A DNA stretch of 63,310 nt, filler included, from Reticulomyxa filosa (taxonomy: Eukaryota > Protista > Foraminifera): assembly GCA_000512085.1 (NCBI GenBank). It is 17 parts of 17 records of this genome, joined end to end, with 100 filler letters (N's around TTAATTAATTAA, not from the genome) between each part and the next. Parts side by side here need not be neighbours in the genome. Positions count along the whole stretch, not along the records: positions 4,813 to 14,443 come from ASPP01020173.1; positions 14,544 to 15,747 come from ASPP01031174.1; positions 15,848 to 19,418 come from ASPP01020434.1; positions 19,519 to 21,326 come from ASPP01028539.1; positions 21,427 to 22,726 come from ASPP01034711.1; positions 22,827 to 24,713 come from ASPP01032772.1; positions 24,814 to 26,628 come from ASPP01010618.1; 10 more parts are not named here. The stretch is one strand, 5' to 3'. The notes under the pieces are model-generated. The model made no database searches. It was not told the origin of the DNA and saw nothing but the letters and a program-made list of their open reading frames with translations. This document shows positions 12,709 to 25,399 of the stretch, in pieces. Both the position numbers and the translations under genes were made by a program. Within the stretch, counting starts at the first letter, position 1, and every line of letters starts with the position of its first letter.

Positions 12709-13230
12709 ATGGCCAACAAAAATACAATTGCTCAACTTGCATGCACTTACGCTTCTTTGATTTTACACGACGACGGTACATCTTTTCTCAAACAAATTTT
12801 CAAACCTTCAACACAATAAAAACAAAAATACAAAAGGAGTGGATATCAGTGTCGAAAATGTGAACAAGTTATTGGACGCAAGTGGCGTCAAGATTGAAAA
12901 ATTTTGGCCCAAGTTGTTCACAGATTTAGTCAAAACCACTCCTGTTCCAAAATTATTGGCAATGGGTAAGTTCATTGAGAAAAAGTGAGCAAAAAAAAGC
13001 CGCAATTGCGTAAACATAAAAAAAACTTTTTACACCAACAAACATTAGCTTGCCAAGGTGGAGGTGGTGTAGCAGTAAGTACTGGAGGAGCTGCGCCTGC
13101 TGCAGGAGGTGCAGGAGCTGGCAAAGCAGAGGAAGCTGAAAAGGAGAAAGAAAAGGAAGATGAAGAAAAAGAAAGTTCAGCATCTGGGCCTGGTTTGTTC
13201 GGAGACGACAAATCTGATGATTCAGATTAA
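12709..13230 (+). CDS. RPLP1: 60S acidic ribosomal stalk protein P1, 3 exons
   Basis: MANKNTIAQLACTYASLILHDD/GVDISVENVNKLLDASGVKIEKFWPKLF..., then a G/A-rich hinge, acidic tail and GLFG. Introns ~12776-12836 and ~12967-13048. Confidence 0.9.
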
Positions 13231-14543
13231 AAGCTCAAGAAATCCAAAAAAGAAAATACTAAAAATGCCGTGGTCCTTCAGTTTGTACTCCATGTGTCAC
13301 TTTTTTGTTAGTGAAAAGAAATATTGACGTATGAACTTTTAAACATTTGATTGGACCACGATTTTGCCTATGCAAAACTCGTAAATGTTTTATTCACACA
13401 AATTCCAAAGGTTTTGTTTAAAAAAAATCCTTTTCTAGTATTGGCAAAAGTTCTGCTATTAATTAATTTCAAAAACTTACGACACAATTTTCGGCTCTGC
13501 ACGTTAATTTGCTCACTTTTTTACTGTAATAAGCAGTGTCCTCAAACCAATATCATATTTTTGATTATTCAATAAAAAAAAGCGGGTCGATTAGTTTTTA
13601 ATTTTTTTTGATAAGAAAATACAAATTTGATTTCCAACAGTACAAAGTATAAAAATTTTTGAATAAAATAAGTTTTTTCAATTAAAATATCGGCAAAATG
13701 TATCGCAATTACTTTTTTGAATGAATGAAAAGAAAAAAAATATCAACTATACGTCAGGCCGAAACAGTATTGTTCACACACGATCATATACCGGTAAGGA
13801 GTTCTGACATTATTTGATCTAATGTTTGTACTACTGTTGGGGTAGTACAAAACATCAATAAGCCCTTGGTTCCTTACCTTTTATGATTTTTCATGTATCA
13901 CTTTTTTTTTTTCCAAAACAAAAATGTAATGTCACTGAACCAGCTGAGCTTTTCCTTTTCTGTAATCTGCAGTAGTTTAACATTTGTGTTGACGGATGAA
14001 GCAATATCAACAGAAAAAGTTACTCATGAACGAGATACGGCTGCCAACACGTCAGTTAGACTTACTCATTTTCATTCCAAAGGTCCTTAAATCCAATTGG
14101 CAAAAAATCTACTAAATGCGTGGATGATTGCGGTAGTAATCAATGGCTGTCTACATTTGGCATATTTGCAGCTTATCTTTGAGATAAAAGCGTAGCAGAC
14201 TCAGCCGATATGCAAAGCAAGTGGAAAAGAGCATTACATATATTGATAGGAATGATGAGTGTTTTTTTGTTATGGGCTTAAGTCTCGAAAGCTGTAATCA
14301 CTCGTATTTGTGGTGCATCAAATTTTCGTGGCTGTATACATTAAATATATGGCTACACGTCACTATGATATTTATTGCCACCTGCGCTATCAGTGTTACC
14401 ACGGGATTCAATGATCAGTTGCAAGTTTTGCAATTTTTTTTTTNNNNNNNNNNNNNNNNNNNNNNNNNNNNNNNNNNNNNNNNNNNNTTAATTAATTAAN
14501 NNNNNNNNNNNNNNNNNNNNNNNNNNNNNNNNNNNNNNNNNNN

Positions 14544-14718
14544 TATGGATGACCGCGGTCTGCGCCAGGAACCCGGTCAGCGACAGCGTGCCGCCCACCC
14601 TCACCGGCTTGCCCGAGGGCGCCGCGCGGCCAATCGAAGGCGCCGCCAGCAGCGCCGTCGAACCCAGCAATCCCGTCAAGACATGGCGACGACGCCATGA
14701 GCCCACCCGCTCACGCAT
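14544..14718 (-). CDS. Bacterial branched-chain amino-acid-type ABC substrate-binding protein, N-terminus with Tat-like signal
   Basis: AGGAGG RBS. MRERVGSWRRRHVLTGLLGSTALLAAPSIGRA-APSGKPVRVGGTLSLTG is a typical periplasmic binding protein start. Confidence 0.75.
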
Positions 14719-14797
14719 TTGTTTCCTCCTTCGACGTTTATTTAATTCGAACGCCGTTGAAACAGATCGTGCCGCAGGAATCCTCGTAAGTAAACGG

Positions 14798-14818
14798 ATT
14801 TTCGAAACTTTCGAAAAT
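14798..14818. promoter_or_regulatory. Perfect 10-1-10 palindrome between divergent bacterial genes, putative operator
   Basis: ATTTTCGAAA-C-TTTCGAAAAT in the AT-rich intergenic region. Confidence 0.55.
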
Positions 14819-14920
14819 ATTGAACACGACCGTTCTGCGAGATTCGCGCGCGATCGGTCGCGAAGACGCCGCGCGTCTTTCGGCATATTCTCCGGCACGG
14901 TTCGTAACGGAGACATCCCA

Positions 14921-15747
14921 ATGAAGAGCTACAAGGTCGTCGAATTCGGTCAGCCGCTGCAGAAGGTCGAGGAGAGCAATCCCGCGCCGCAGGGCGCCGA
15001 GGTCCTGGTCAAGGTCACGGCCGCCGGCGTCTGCCACAGCGACGTGCATCTGTGGGAAGGCTTCTTCGACATGGGCGGCGGCAACAAGGTGTCGACGCAG
15101 AAGACGATGAACCCGCCGCGCACCATGGGCCACGAGATCGTGGGTGAGGTCGTGGCGCTGGGTCCCGACGCCAAGGGCGCCAAGGTCGGCGACAAGGCCG
15201 TGGTCTATCCGTGGATCGGCTGCGGCACCTGCTGGTATTGCACCAACGGACGCGAGCATCTCTGCCCGGCGCCGCGGGCGCTCGGCGTCAACAAGGATGG
15301 CGGCTACGCCGACCATGTCCTCGTGCCCGACGCGAAGTATCTCTATCCCTATGGCGACATCCCGACCGAGCTGGCCTGCCTCTATGCCTGCTCCGGCATC
15401 ACGGCCTTCAGCGCCGTCAAGAAGGCGGTCGGTGAGGATGCCGGCAAGCCCATCCTGGTGATTGGCGCCGGCGGCGTCGGCCTGATGGGCGTGAAGTTCG
15501 CGCAGTCGGTGCTGGGCCATGCGCCGATCGTGGCCGATATCGACGAGAACAAGCGCAAGCTGGCGCTCGACAATGGCGCCGTCGCCGCCATCGATCCACG
15601 CGACAAGGATGCCCGCAAGAAGGTCTTCGAACTGACCGGCGGGACCGGTGTTGGCGCCGCCATCGACTTCGTGGGCGCCGAGAGCACCGCCCAGTTCGGC
15701 GTCAAGGCGCTGGCCCGCGGCGGCCGGCTGGTCGTCGTCGGCCTGTT
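14921..15747 (+). CDS. Bacterial zinc-dependent alcohol dehydrogenase (MDR family), truncated by contig end
   Basis: GGAGA RBS then MKSYKVVEFG. Motifs GVCHSD, GHEIVGEV, structural zinc CGTCWYC...C, ACSGIT and Rossmann GAGGVG. Confidence 0.95.
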
Positions 15748-15899
15748 NNNNNNNNNNNNNNNNNNNNNNNNNNNNNNNNNNNNNNNNNNNNTTAATTAAT
15801 TAANNNNNNNNNNNNNNNNNNNNNNNNNNNNNNNNNNNNNNNNNNNNAAAAAAAAAAAAAAAAAAAAAAATCAAAACATGAATAAATAAAAGTTGAACG

Positions 15900-16283
15900 A
15901 AGAAGCAAAAGAGGCCAAGACAAAAGAGAACCAATGGGATGAAATCATTAAACAAAAGCAACAAAACACGGAAGCAATGGAAGCCGATTTGGCCGCTTTT
16001 AAGAAAGAGCAACAGAATTATCAAACTGTTTAACTTTTTTTTTTTTTTTTTTTTTTAAACTAGCTAAAACATGAGCCAATGGAACTCTCATTGGATTTGT
16101 CTGTGTTATGGAGAGACTAGATGCAAGAAAAATGGAAGGAGTGCGAACTTAATTACAAGAATGAGAAAGAAGCTTGGGAGAGTGAAAAGTCTCGTTATTC
16201 CCAAGATTTGAAAGCCGCGTCCGATCAATTGGCCGTTTTGCAAGCTCAAAACTCGGATTTCCAAAGCTCATATCGCACATTGC

Positions 16284-16316
<33 letters not shown>

Positions 16317-19265
16317 AATGTTGCTGTTGTTATTGTTATTGTTATTGTTATTGTTGATACAATACTATATTCTGTGTTTTGTCATTTACTGTTTGATAGA
16401 GAAAAACTCTCAAGTGCAGAAACAACCGCGGCAGAACATTCTCAAACCTTACAAAAGTTTCATTTTTTTTTATTTTTTATTTTTTTTATGTTTGTATGTA
16501 ATTGGGAGTGATTGCAACAGCATTGGCGAGTTGGTCCAAGTGTCGGATGTGAGCAAAGGCCAGAGCGTAGTCGACGCAGTGACACAGCTGGTAAAGGCAT
16601 ATCAAGAGCAGGGTAGTGCGTCCGAAGAACTGAGGTCAACGATCGAAGTGACCGCCGCCAAACTGGCTCAAGTTGAGACGCAACACAAAGACTGTGCAGA
16701 CACAATTGTACAGTTGCGCGAGTCGTGCGCCGCTGCCAATGACAAAGTCCAGACATTGCAAAATGCATTAGAAACCATCGAAAGGGACATTCGTAGCAAC
16801 TTGCAGCATTGGCATGTCTTTGTCGGAGAAAGCTCGTCCGTTGGCGACGAACACAAAGAACAACAACAACAACAACAACAACAACAGGGACAACACGTAT
16901 CCATCGAAACGCTTGTGCAACATATGAAAGCGCTTACTACGGCCTTTCTCCAATCCTTAGATTTGTGCAAGCAGAAAGACACTCAACAGGTTACTTACAA
17001 CAAGGAGGATAGATAGATGTGGAGGGGAAAAGAGAGAGAGAGAGAGAGAGTCACTTTGTCAGATGGAGTGGCTCTGATGTTTTTGTTTTTGAATAGAACT
17101 CGAATGACAGTAAACTTGTGGAGTGCAACGAAGCTGCACACAAACAGAAAGAATTGAACGCAAGCTTGCAAAAGGAAGTGGATGCACTTTCCCAACAGAA
17201 TAAAGAGTTGGAGAATCAATTGAATCTTGCCAAATTGAATCGTTGAGAGATTGACTTATTGTTAATTTGTTTGATTGGCTGAAAGGATTGTATGTTTTCG
17301 GATTGACATAGACAAACAAGACTTGGAACAATGGTCAAAGGAAAAAGAGGAAATGGAAGAAAAGAAAAAAGAGGTGAAAGCAACAGAGGAAGAAGGGGAC
17401 AAAAAAAACAAAAAAACGTCGAACACTTGCAGCAGTCCACTGTCGCGTTTCGGTCCACGATTCAAGGCTTGCAAACTGAAATTTCTTCCATGCCTGTGCT
17501 GTTCCAACAGCAATTATCAGACTTTCAAAGTTTTGCTTTTTTTTGAAATAACCTAATTTTAAATTTATTTATTTTTATTTATTTGTTTGTTTTTGTTAAC
17601 AAAAATGGAAACAGAAATAACAGTCGAACTGAACTCACAACACCAAACACAACTGTCTCGATTGAAACAAGCCAATGACGAGTACAAATTGAAGATTGCA
17701 GCCCTTGAGAAGGTTTATTTGCTTTTTTTTTTTTTTTCCCTCCCCCCCCCCCCCTTTTATTTTTCTGTTTCTTTCGACTATATTGTTACAATGGAGACAG
17801 CAAAAATATGGATTTACTGTTGTGTCGTATGTTGAAACAAGGAACATGAAGAAAGCTGTGAGCAATTGAAAAAAGAGCGCGATGCGCTGGCCGCACAGTT
17901 ACATGAGGCCAACGCCACGCAACTCGAATACGTCAAATTGAAACAAGAGTTCGATACCCTCACCGATGCACATCAGAAAAAGCAACAAGTTTTTAAATTT
18001 CTATTTGCACTTTATCCTCTCTCTCCTCTCCTCTCCTCTTCTCTCTTCCCCCTTTTTCAAACGTATTTGTTATGAACGTGTGTGAATCATAGGACTTGGA
18101 TAAAATAAAGAAACTGGCTCACGTATTGAAAACGCAAAACCAAAAGTTACAACAAGAGAAAAGCAGCACCGAAGACGCTGCCAAAAAGTTGGAACAAGTC
18201 CAACTTGAACTTGCCCAATTGCAACAAACCTATAACGACTTGCAAACAGTTATGTTACACATATGCTCTCACTTTTGAGATGTACACACGCGCACATGCA
18301 CACATGCACTGCGACATGACCATGGGTGTGATGACAGAAATGGGAGCACGAGAAAGGTGAATGGAACAAGCGCGAAGAAGAAACGCGACAGACGCTTGCG
18401 CAATACCAAAACAAAGAAAAAACGTCGGAAGAGAGTAAACACGAATACGTATCGAAATACGAAGCACTGAGGCAATCGATGGAGGAGACGAATAACACAT
18501 TGACACAAGTAACCAAAGAGCGAGATCAATACCAAAAAGAAGTACAGTTGTTGCAAGAGTCGATTGCAAATTTGAAATTAGAGTGGGAAAAACAAAAAAC
18601 GGAAGACATTCAAAACTTAAAGCAAAAGTACAAAGACGTGTTAAATCAAAACAAAGCCAATTGGAAACAAAAGACAGAACAAATGACACAACGACTCAAC
18701 GAACAAATCACTCAATTGCAAAGCCAAAAGCAAGATGTCTGTCCCACTTCATCCCTTCTTGTTTCTCTTTATTTTCATTTGCTATTTAAAAACAAAACAA
18801 AACAAAACAGCTGGAAAAGCAAATACAAGGCATACGCGAATCAACTGAACAGAAAGAAAAAGAATGGAGTGACTACAAAGAAACGAACACTGAAAGTGAA
18901 CGGACAATTCAATTGTTGCAACAACAATTGGAACAATTGAAAGAAGACAAACAAGATACCGATTCACAAAACAAAGTGGTATGACTTATATAAATTATAT
19001 ACATATATATTTATACATATGTGTATGTATTGATTTATGACAAAGTGATTGAATCTTGTTGTAACTGCAAATATTGATAGCTACAAGAAATAATAAAAAA
19101 TCACGAACAAGACCAAACGGCGGGAAAGAGCAACTGGGAAGATGAGAAAAACAAACACACAAACGAAATCAAAACATTGCTTGAGCAAATCGAACACCTG
19201 CGAACTGAAAAGTTTGACATTGAGACTAAGCACTCCAAACTTATGATCGAGCACAAAGATTTGCA
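15900..19265 (+). CDS. Long multi-exon coiled-coil protein (golgin/myosin-tail-like), partial
   Basis: About 12 exons of E/K/Q heptads. Several junctions checked by hand keep the frame (introns 16028-16120, 16285-16399, 16457-16520). Confidence 0.75.
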
Positions 19266-19518
19266 GTTTTGTTCATTTCTCCAATTTGTCTTGTGTCCTT
19301 TCATCTTCCAAACTTTTCCTTCTTTTAAACGTCTTTTGTTTTTTCAGTATACATATGTACATACACATATATATGTATATACATATACATGTATATATTA
19401 TAATTTTTTTTTTTTTTTNNNNNNNNNNNNNNNNNNNNNNNNNNNNNNNNNNNNNNNNNNNNTTAATTAATTAANNNNNNNNNNNNNNNNNNNNNNNNNN
19501 NNNNNNNNNNNNNNNNNN

Positions 19519-19853
19519 TTGTTGTCATCACCCCAAACACTTACATATTTCATCACCAATGTGTGTTTAGAATGTCCCTGACAATCAGATCCAAAAGACA
19601 ACAAAGTGATTTGACTTCTGTCTTTATTGTTATCTACCAGTTTCACTACGCAGTGTCCATATAATTCAACATCACTTGGATAATCACTGATAAACTTGTA
19701 TTCATTTTTGATTCTATGATAAGAATAACAAGCTCTTTGTCCGTAACCTCCACAAATGAGGAGTTCCTGTTTGTATAGCACACATTGAGAATGATAAAGT
19801 GGAGTGGGCAACTCCTTCAAAGTTTGAAAGCGAGTTGTATTTCGATTACCCAT
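19519..19853 (-). CDS. Kelch-repeat protein, N-terminal part
   Basis: FQTLKELPTPLYHSQCVLYKQELLICGGYGQRACYSYH...YPSDVELYGHCVV...LLSFG: Kelch GG/Y pattern, in the style of the expanded foraminiferan family. Confidence 0.8.
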
Positions 19854-20812
19854 TTCGTTAATGTTGACTTTTTTTAAGTTTTAAACTTTTTTAAAAAGGG
19901 ACTTAGTATAACCCTTTTGAAAAAAACAAATAAGTTGTTTTACGTGGCAATATGTAATACATAAAACAACAAATTCAATGTTAAATTGATATCTTTTTTG
20001 TTTTTTGTAAGGAAGACAAAGATGTGAGACATACTTTTCTGCTTGTTATTTAGTGACCTAAATAATTAGAATATATTACAATCAAGTATATAATCTATAT
20101 ACGTTAAAATATTTTGAATGATGTCTTATGCAATTCAAATACTTTTTTTTGTAAACTTGAATGCAAGTACGCGAATTGTGATAAAAAAAGTAAGTTTATT
20201 TCATGAGTATTATGTGAATTATACATGCTTTCATTGATGAAATTGTTCTTTATTTTTATTTTAATTGTTTATTTATTATTTGATACTATCTACTTTGCAT
20301 TCCATGCATATTTTTATTTTTTTATAGATTATTTTAAGTTATATATGTTGCATTATTCCTTTCAAATTTGAAGACAAATAAATTACAATTTTCTGTGCAT
20401 AAAACGATGGAACAATAAGTTTATATGCATACTTTTGTTGCAACTTGATTTACTTTCTTGGGTTTGATTGTCGAAATGATTTAAACCTTTTTAAATTAAG
20501 CTACTTTTCGCTACTTAATTAGAAATTTAATACTTTGAAATTGCAATTAATTTCTTTTTGATTGAAAGGTATTGAAGTTCAAATAACTTGTTGTTTTTTA
20601 GCAAATGTAGACAAACGTTTGTCGATCATAAAAATCTGAAAACAGTCATAAATTTCATTTTCTTTTTTGTTGATTGCGTTTGATAAAGTACATAAAGGAT
20701 GTTATTATCAAATCAGAAAGTTGTATTTTTTTACTTTTGATTTTGTTCGTTTTTTAAAATATAGAACGCAAAAGGGAAAATTGGACTGAAAATAATAAAA
20801 AGAAGGAAGTTC

Positions 20813-21270
20813 TCATAAATCATCTTTCAATTCCACATTATCCGTGTCAGTGTCAACTAAGGTATCATCAACACTAACATCCGATTTATTTTTTTTTTGA
20901 TTTTTAATAATTTTCGAGGAAAACTCAACATCTTTACAAACATTTTTGTCGACATGTTTTTTACAAAACCCTTCAAGGTCTCCATGATAACCATCTTGAA
21001 TGGTCTGCAACAACTGTGTTTCAAATCTTTCCACAAAGTCATTACACATTGCCGCAATTTTTTTAGCACTGTCTCCACCTTCAATGATATCATATGTGAG
21101 CGTGATTTAATTTGCATTTTTTTTTGTTTTGTTTTCTTTTTTTTAAATGAAAAAAAATATTAATTTAAAAAACCTAGATTTATCATTCCATTAAATGAGC
21201 CACTTAGATTATTTGTCCTAATCATTCGGCTTGTTCCATCATTTTTTGTTTCAATGCCAGTTTGGTCTAC
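20813..21270 (-). CDS. C-terminal exons of an unknown protein or pseudogene fragment
   Basis: 78-aa ORF plus upstream coding-like segments separated by a probable intron. No family recognised. Confidence 0.3.
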
Positions 21271-21453
21271 AAGTTTTTTGTTTTGGTTTGTTTATTTACA
21301 CGTTATTGTTATTACTGGTATTAATTNNNNNNNNNNNNNNNNNNNNNNNNNNNNNNNNNNNNNNNNNNNNTTAATTAATTAANNNNNNNNNNNNNNNNNN
21401 NNNNNNNNNNNNNNNNNNNNNNNNNNCGAAACGTTTGTTTGATTACTTAGAAG

Positions 21454-21830
21454 AAATTTTTGTGCATTAGATATTTTATGCATCAGCAAACTTTTGTGCA
21501 TTAGTCAATTCTGTGAATCAGACAAAGTTTTGAACATTAGTCAAATTCTATGCATAAGACAAATTTTGTCATTAGCAAAATTTCTGAACATTAGACAAAT
21601 TTTTTTCATTAGTCAATTTCTGTGCTTCAGGCAAAATTTTTGAGCATTAGAAAATTTTTTTGAGTTAGTCAAACTTTTGTGCATTAGATATTTTATTTTT
21701 CAGCCAAATTTTTGCTCATTAATCAAACTTTTGTGCATTAGATATTTTATGCATCAGCCAAATTGGTGCATTAATCAAATTTTTGAGCATTAGTCAATTA
21801 TGTACATCATCCAAAATTTTTGTGCACAAG
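21454..21830. repeat. Degenerate 17-20-bp minisatellite, about 20 units, consensus ~AAATTTT(T)GTGCATTAGWC
   Basis: Repeated TGCATTAG/TGCATCAG cores. The dimer AAACTTTTGTGCATTAGATATTTTAT recurs near 21455, 21670 and 21725. Confidence 0.85.
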
Positions 21831-24679
21831 CTACGTTTGTGGTATAGAAATGTATCAACTTTTTTTTCATCGTTTGACTAAAGATTGATGCAACATGTGT
21901 CAAGGTACAATACTGTAATTTTATTCAAATGAAAGCTTGCAAAAAAAAAAAGTGAAAAAGCGTGATCGGTATAACATCAAAAAAATAGTTTTGTGATAAA
22001 AATTTACAAGTTTTTCAAAGCAAAAATAACATTTTTTGGCCAAAGTTACTTATCACTCTTTTAGTGCTGAGTCTGTTACATAATTTCGCTATTCGTTTCA
22101 CTCTTTCATGAAATTTTGAGGTTAAACGCAGTGTAAGGATCGTTTTTACTTAATTACCAACGTTCTTTTGTTGGTTTTCTGCTGAAAGAGGTGCACAAAA
22201 TGTAATACGAAGATTTCACTCTTCTGAGCAATTTAAAACAAAAAAACAATTAATTAAATAAAAGAAATAAATGACAAAATTCAACTGAGTAAAAGAGAAA
22301 AGACAAGCTGGGAAAGTGAATAGGTGTTGTTAGAATAAAGGGGGTTCCAAAACTCACTTGGACTTTGCGAGAACTGCATGTTACGACGTATATATATATG
22401 AGCACCACACTTTATTCAATATTATTAACAACTGTAATCAAAAAGTTGGAAAAAAAGAAAGTAAGCAAGTTTTCTGAACTATATAAATTCTATCAAATAT
22501 TTTACTTATTGTGGAATATTACCCCAACAAGAATTGAAAAAAACTCAAAAAAAGGACAGAATTGCGTTATTACTGTTCGCAATTTCATTCTTGCATACGA
22601 CATTAATTTGAACAACTACAAAACAATTTTTGGATGGTTTTCCAAGTTGTTTATTTGGATTGAAGCATGAATTTGGCATTAAAAACATATTGCGAATGTC
22701 CTTTCAACTCTTTCTTGTACTCCTTTNNNNNNNNNNNNNNNNNNNNNNNNNNNNNNNNNNNNNNNNNNNNTTAATTAATTAANNNNNNNNNNNNNNNNNN
22801 NNNNNNNNNNNNNNNNNNNNNNNNNNTGTATCTTGTAAATGTTTTAATACTTTGATGTGTCGATATCAGGTGGAGGGGGGGAGGGATCACCAAAGAGCAT
22901 AATCACAAATAAATGTACAGGTCGATGATCGATATTTGACCAAATGCTGTACATTGATGAATTGGAGTGCATCGAATGAAGATATTGCATGCCAATCTGT
23001 TGTGAGCTTGAAAGTAGATAACATATCATTGCCATTTGCGTTTGGTTTCAATAATGTTATTCACAATCATCTATACTCTTTGGTGAACACACACGTAAAC
23101 GTCATTTATGGATTGCATTGTGTTGATCATCTTTGCACACATTATATCCTTCTATAAGTACATTTACACTTCTTATAACAATCATCACCATTGTCATATT
23201 TATTGGAATAATTCATATGTCAACAATAACCATTCGTCGGCGTTCTTGATTATCTTTTTTTTCTTTTCTCATTTCCTTAAGTTAATATTTTTTTCTTTTT
23301 CTTCTCGCTCTGCCTCTACATCTTTCTCTTGCTTTCACTACAAACCTGGAGTACATCACTCTACAATGAAAAAGTCCACGCTAACATTGTTTTGATTAAG
23401 ACATTATTACAACAGCTGAAAATATGATATAAATAATATATACCTTCAAATAGAGCACGTTACATTTGTTATCTATTGTGGTCACTCGTTGAATGGTTAT
23501 CTTTTAAGGTTGGCAGTGTAATTGTTGATATATGCCAATAGAGAAATCTGCAAAGCCATTCCAAAATTGTCGAGCGCGATCCGGATGTTTGTATTTTCTG
23601 GACGTTATTAAATGACCATGTAATCGAACATATTTCCAGACTTGACAACGGCGGCATTAATACATTGGAAGCCTTGTTCACAAATTGACTAGCCATGCCC
23701 GGTGTTTGATTGTTCTTCAACTACGATTTGAAGAGAAGACAATTTGATCACACTATAATTGGAGGGTGGAGGATCATGTGGCTAATAGACAGTGCCAATA
23801 TCATCTGCCACTGCGAAAAGACTTTCAATGCCTCCAATTTGGCCAAACATGACTAGTACGTACCATATGCCGACTATGCTATGAATAAGTTATTAGTAAT
23901 CTCTAACTTATTCGCTGGTATATCATTTTCTGTACATACACAGAAAGCACACATTAATTGGAGATCATTGGGAAAAAAAGAAAGGTAACTATTTTGTTAT
24001 AATCTACTTCAACTTGTTTGTCTTTCCATTACGACAGTGTTCCTTTTGATAATTATGTTGAACACGTAGGACTTGGGACTGCATGCTTCGATGTGTATCT
24101 TGAATGCATATTCAATTCTTGACAATGCAAATATCGATCATATGGAGCGCTTCTTCAAGTTCACAGTGTCACATTTGTTCAACGCTACTATTCTGGTACA
24201 CTTTTATCAATGGAGCTGGATGGTACTACTATTGTCAATAGTGAATGTGTTTTTTTTTATAGCATACTTCGATTTCAGGAATAACTTGTATGTTGAATAT
24301 CGAGTGTCGGAAGCATATTATTGTTAATTTGAAATGAGAGCAGATGGGATTCATATGTCAATTGACGCATCATCCAAACGATTGATAAATATTTATTCAT
24401 ATGTTCAAGGCGTTGCCTCCAGCAAATAAAGTGGAGAGAATGATACAGCAAGCGAGTCCAATGCCAATTCTATAATGTTATAAGTATGTTATTAAATTTT
24501 TTTTAATACATAAACACAAACAAACAAAAAAAAAACTTAACTATTGTTGTTGTTCTCGCACGAGACAACAATTTTTCAACAAAAAAAATTTAAAATAAAA
24601 TTACAAATATTATATCTTTTTCATTTTTTTCTTTTTTCATTTCATTTTTTTTTTCCACTTTCTTTTTTTTTTTCTTTTT

Positions 24680-24713
<34 letters not shown>

Positions 24714-25399
24714 NNNNNNNNNNNNNNNNNNNNNNNNNNNNNNNNNNNNNNNNNNNNTTAATTAATTAANNNNNNNNNNNNNNNNNNNNNNNNNNNNNNN
24801 NNNNNNNNNNNNNTTTTCTTAATTGAAAGAAATGTATATCAAAAGTAACTGGAGTGTGGACTAGTTTTGTGGTATTGATTACATTCACGCTGATGTGTTG
24901 TGATTGAGTGCTTTTGGTTGGCGTGATGTTGGTGTGGTGATAGTCGGCGAGATAATTGTTATGGAGAAGTGCTCATTTGATGCTGCACTTTGTTGACTTG
25001 GAGGCCGCCATACGTAGATCACGATTTGCAAATTGCCTCGCAATAATTTGGAATTGGAATATGGAGTTGATGGCAACGTTTGCCTTTCGGAGCACAATTG
25101 AAACGGCGTGATATATTTAACGCAAAACTCCGAACCTCACCAAAAAAAAAGAGGAAAAAGCGTGACGACTCCAACCTCACAGCTTTCATATAAAAGAAAT
25201 TTGTAATTTGGATTTTGATCAATAGATAAAAATGTCTCTTTTATTTACTTTTGTCGAAATTGACCCAATGGCAAATAACTCAAAAAATTGAGAGAACGAA
25301 AGCTTGGCTAACAAAGTTTTTTGTTCTTCCTCTAAAACAGGAGATCAAAAAAAAAAAAGTTATTCTGAGCTTTCTGAAAAGGAAAGTCTTAGCAGATGT

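Noticed and set aside
13720-14443. Possible membrane-protein gene start
   Set aside because: Hydrophobic fragments only, with no consistent exon chain or family motif.
21454-21830. CRISPR array
   Set aside because: Units abut with no unique spacers, there are no cas genes, and the context is eukaryotic.
22827-24500. Possible gene in a moderately GC-rich stretch
   Set aside because: Only short stop-ridden ORFs on both strands with no recognisable motif. It may be a pseudogene, but I cannot support a call.
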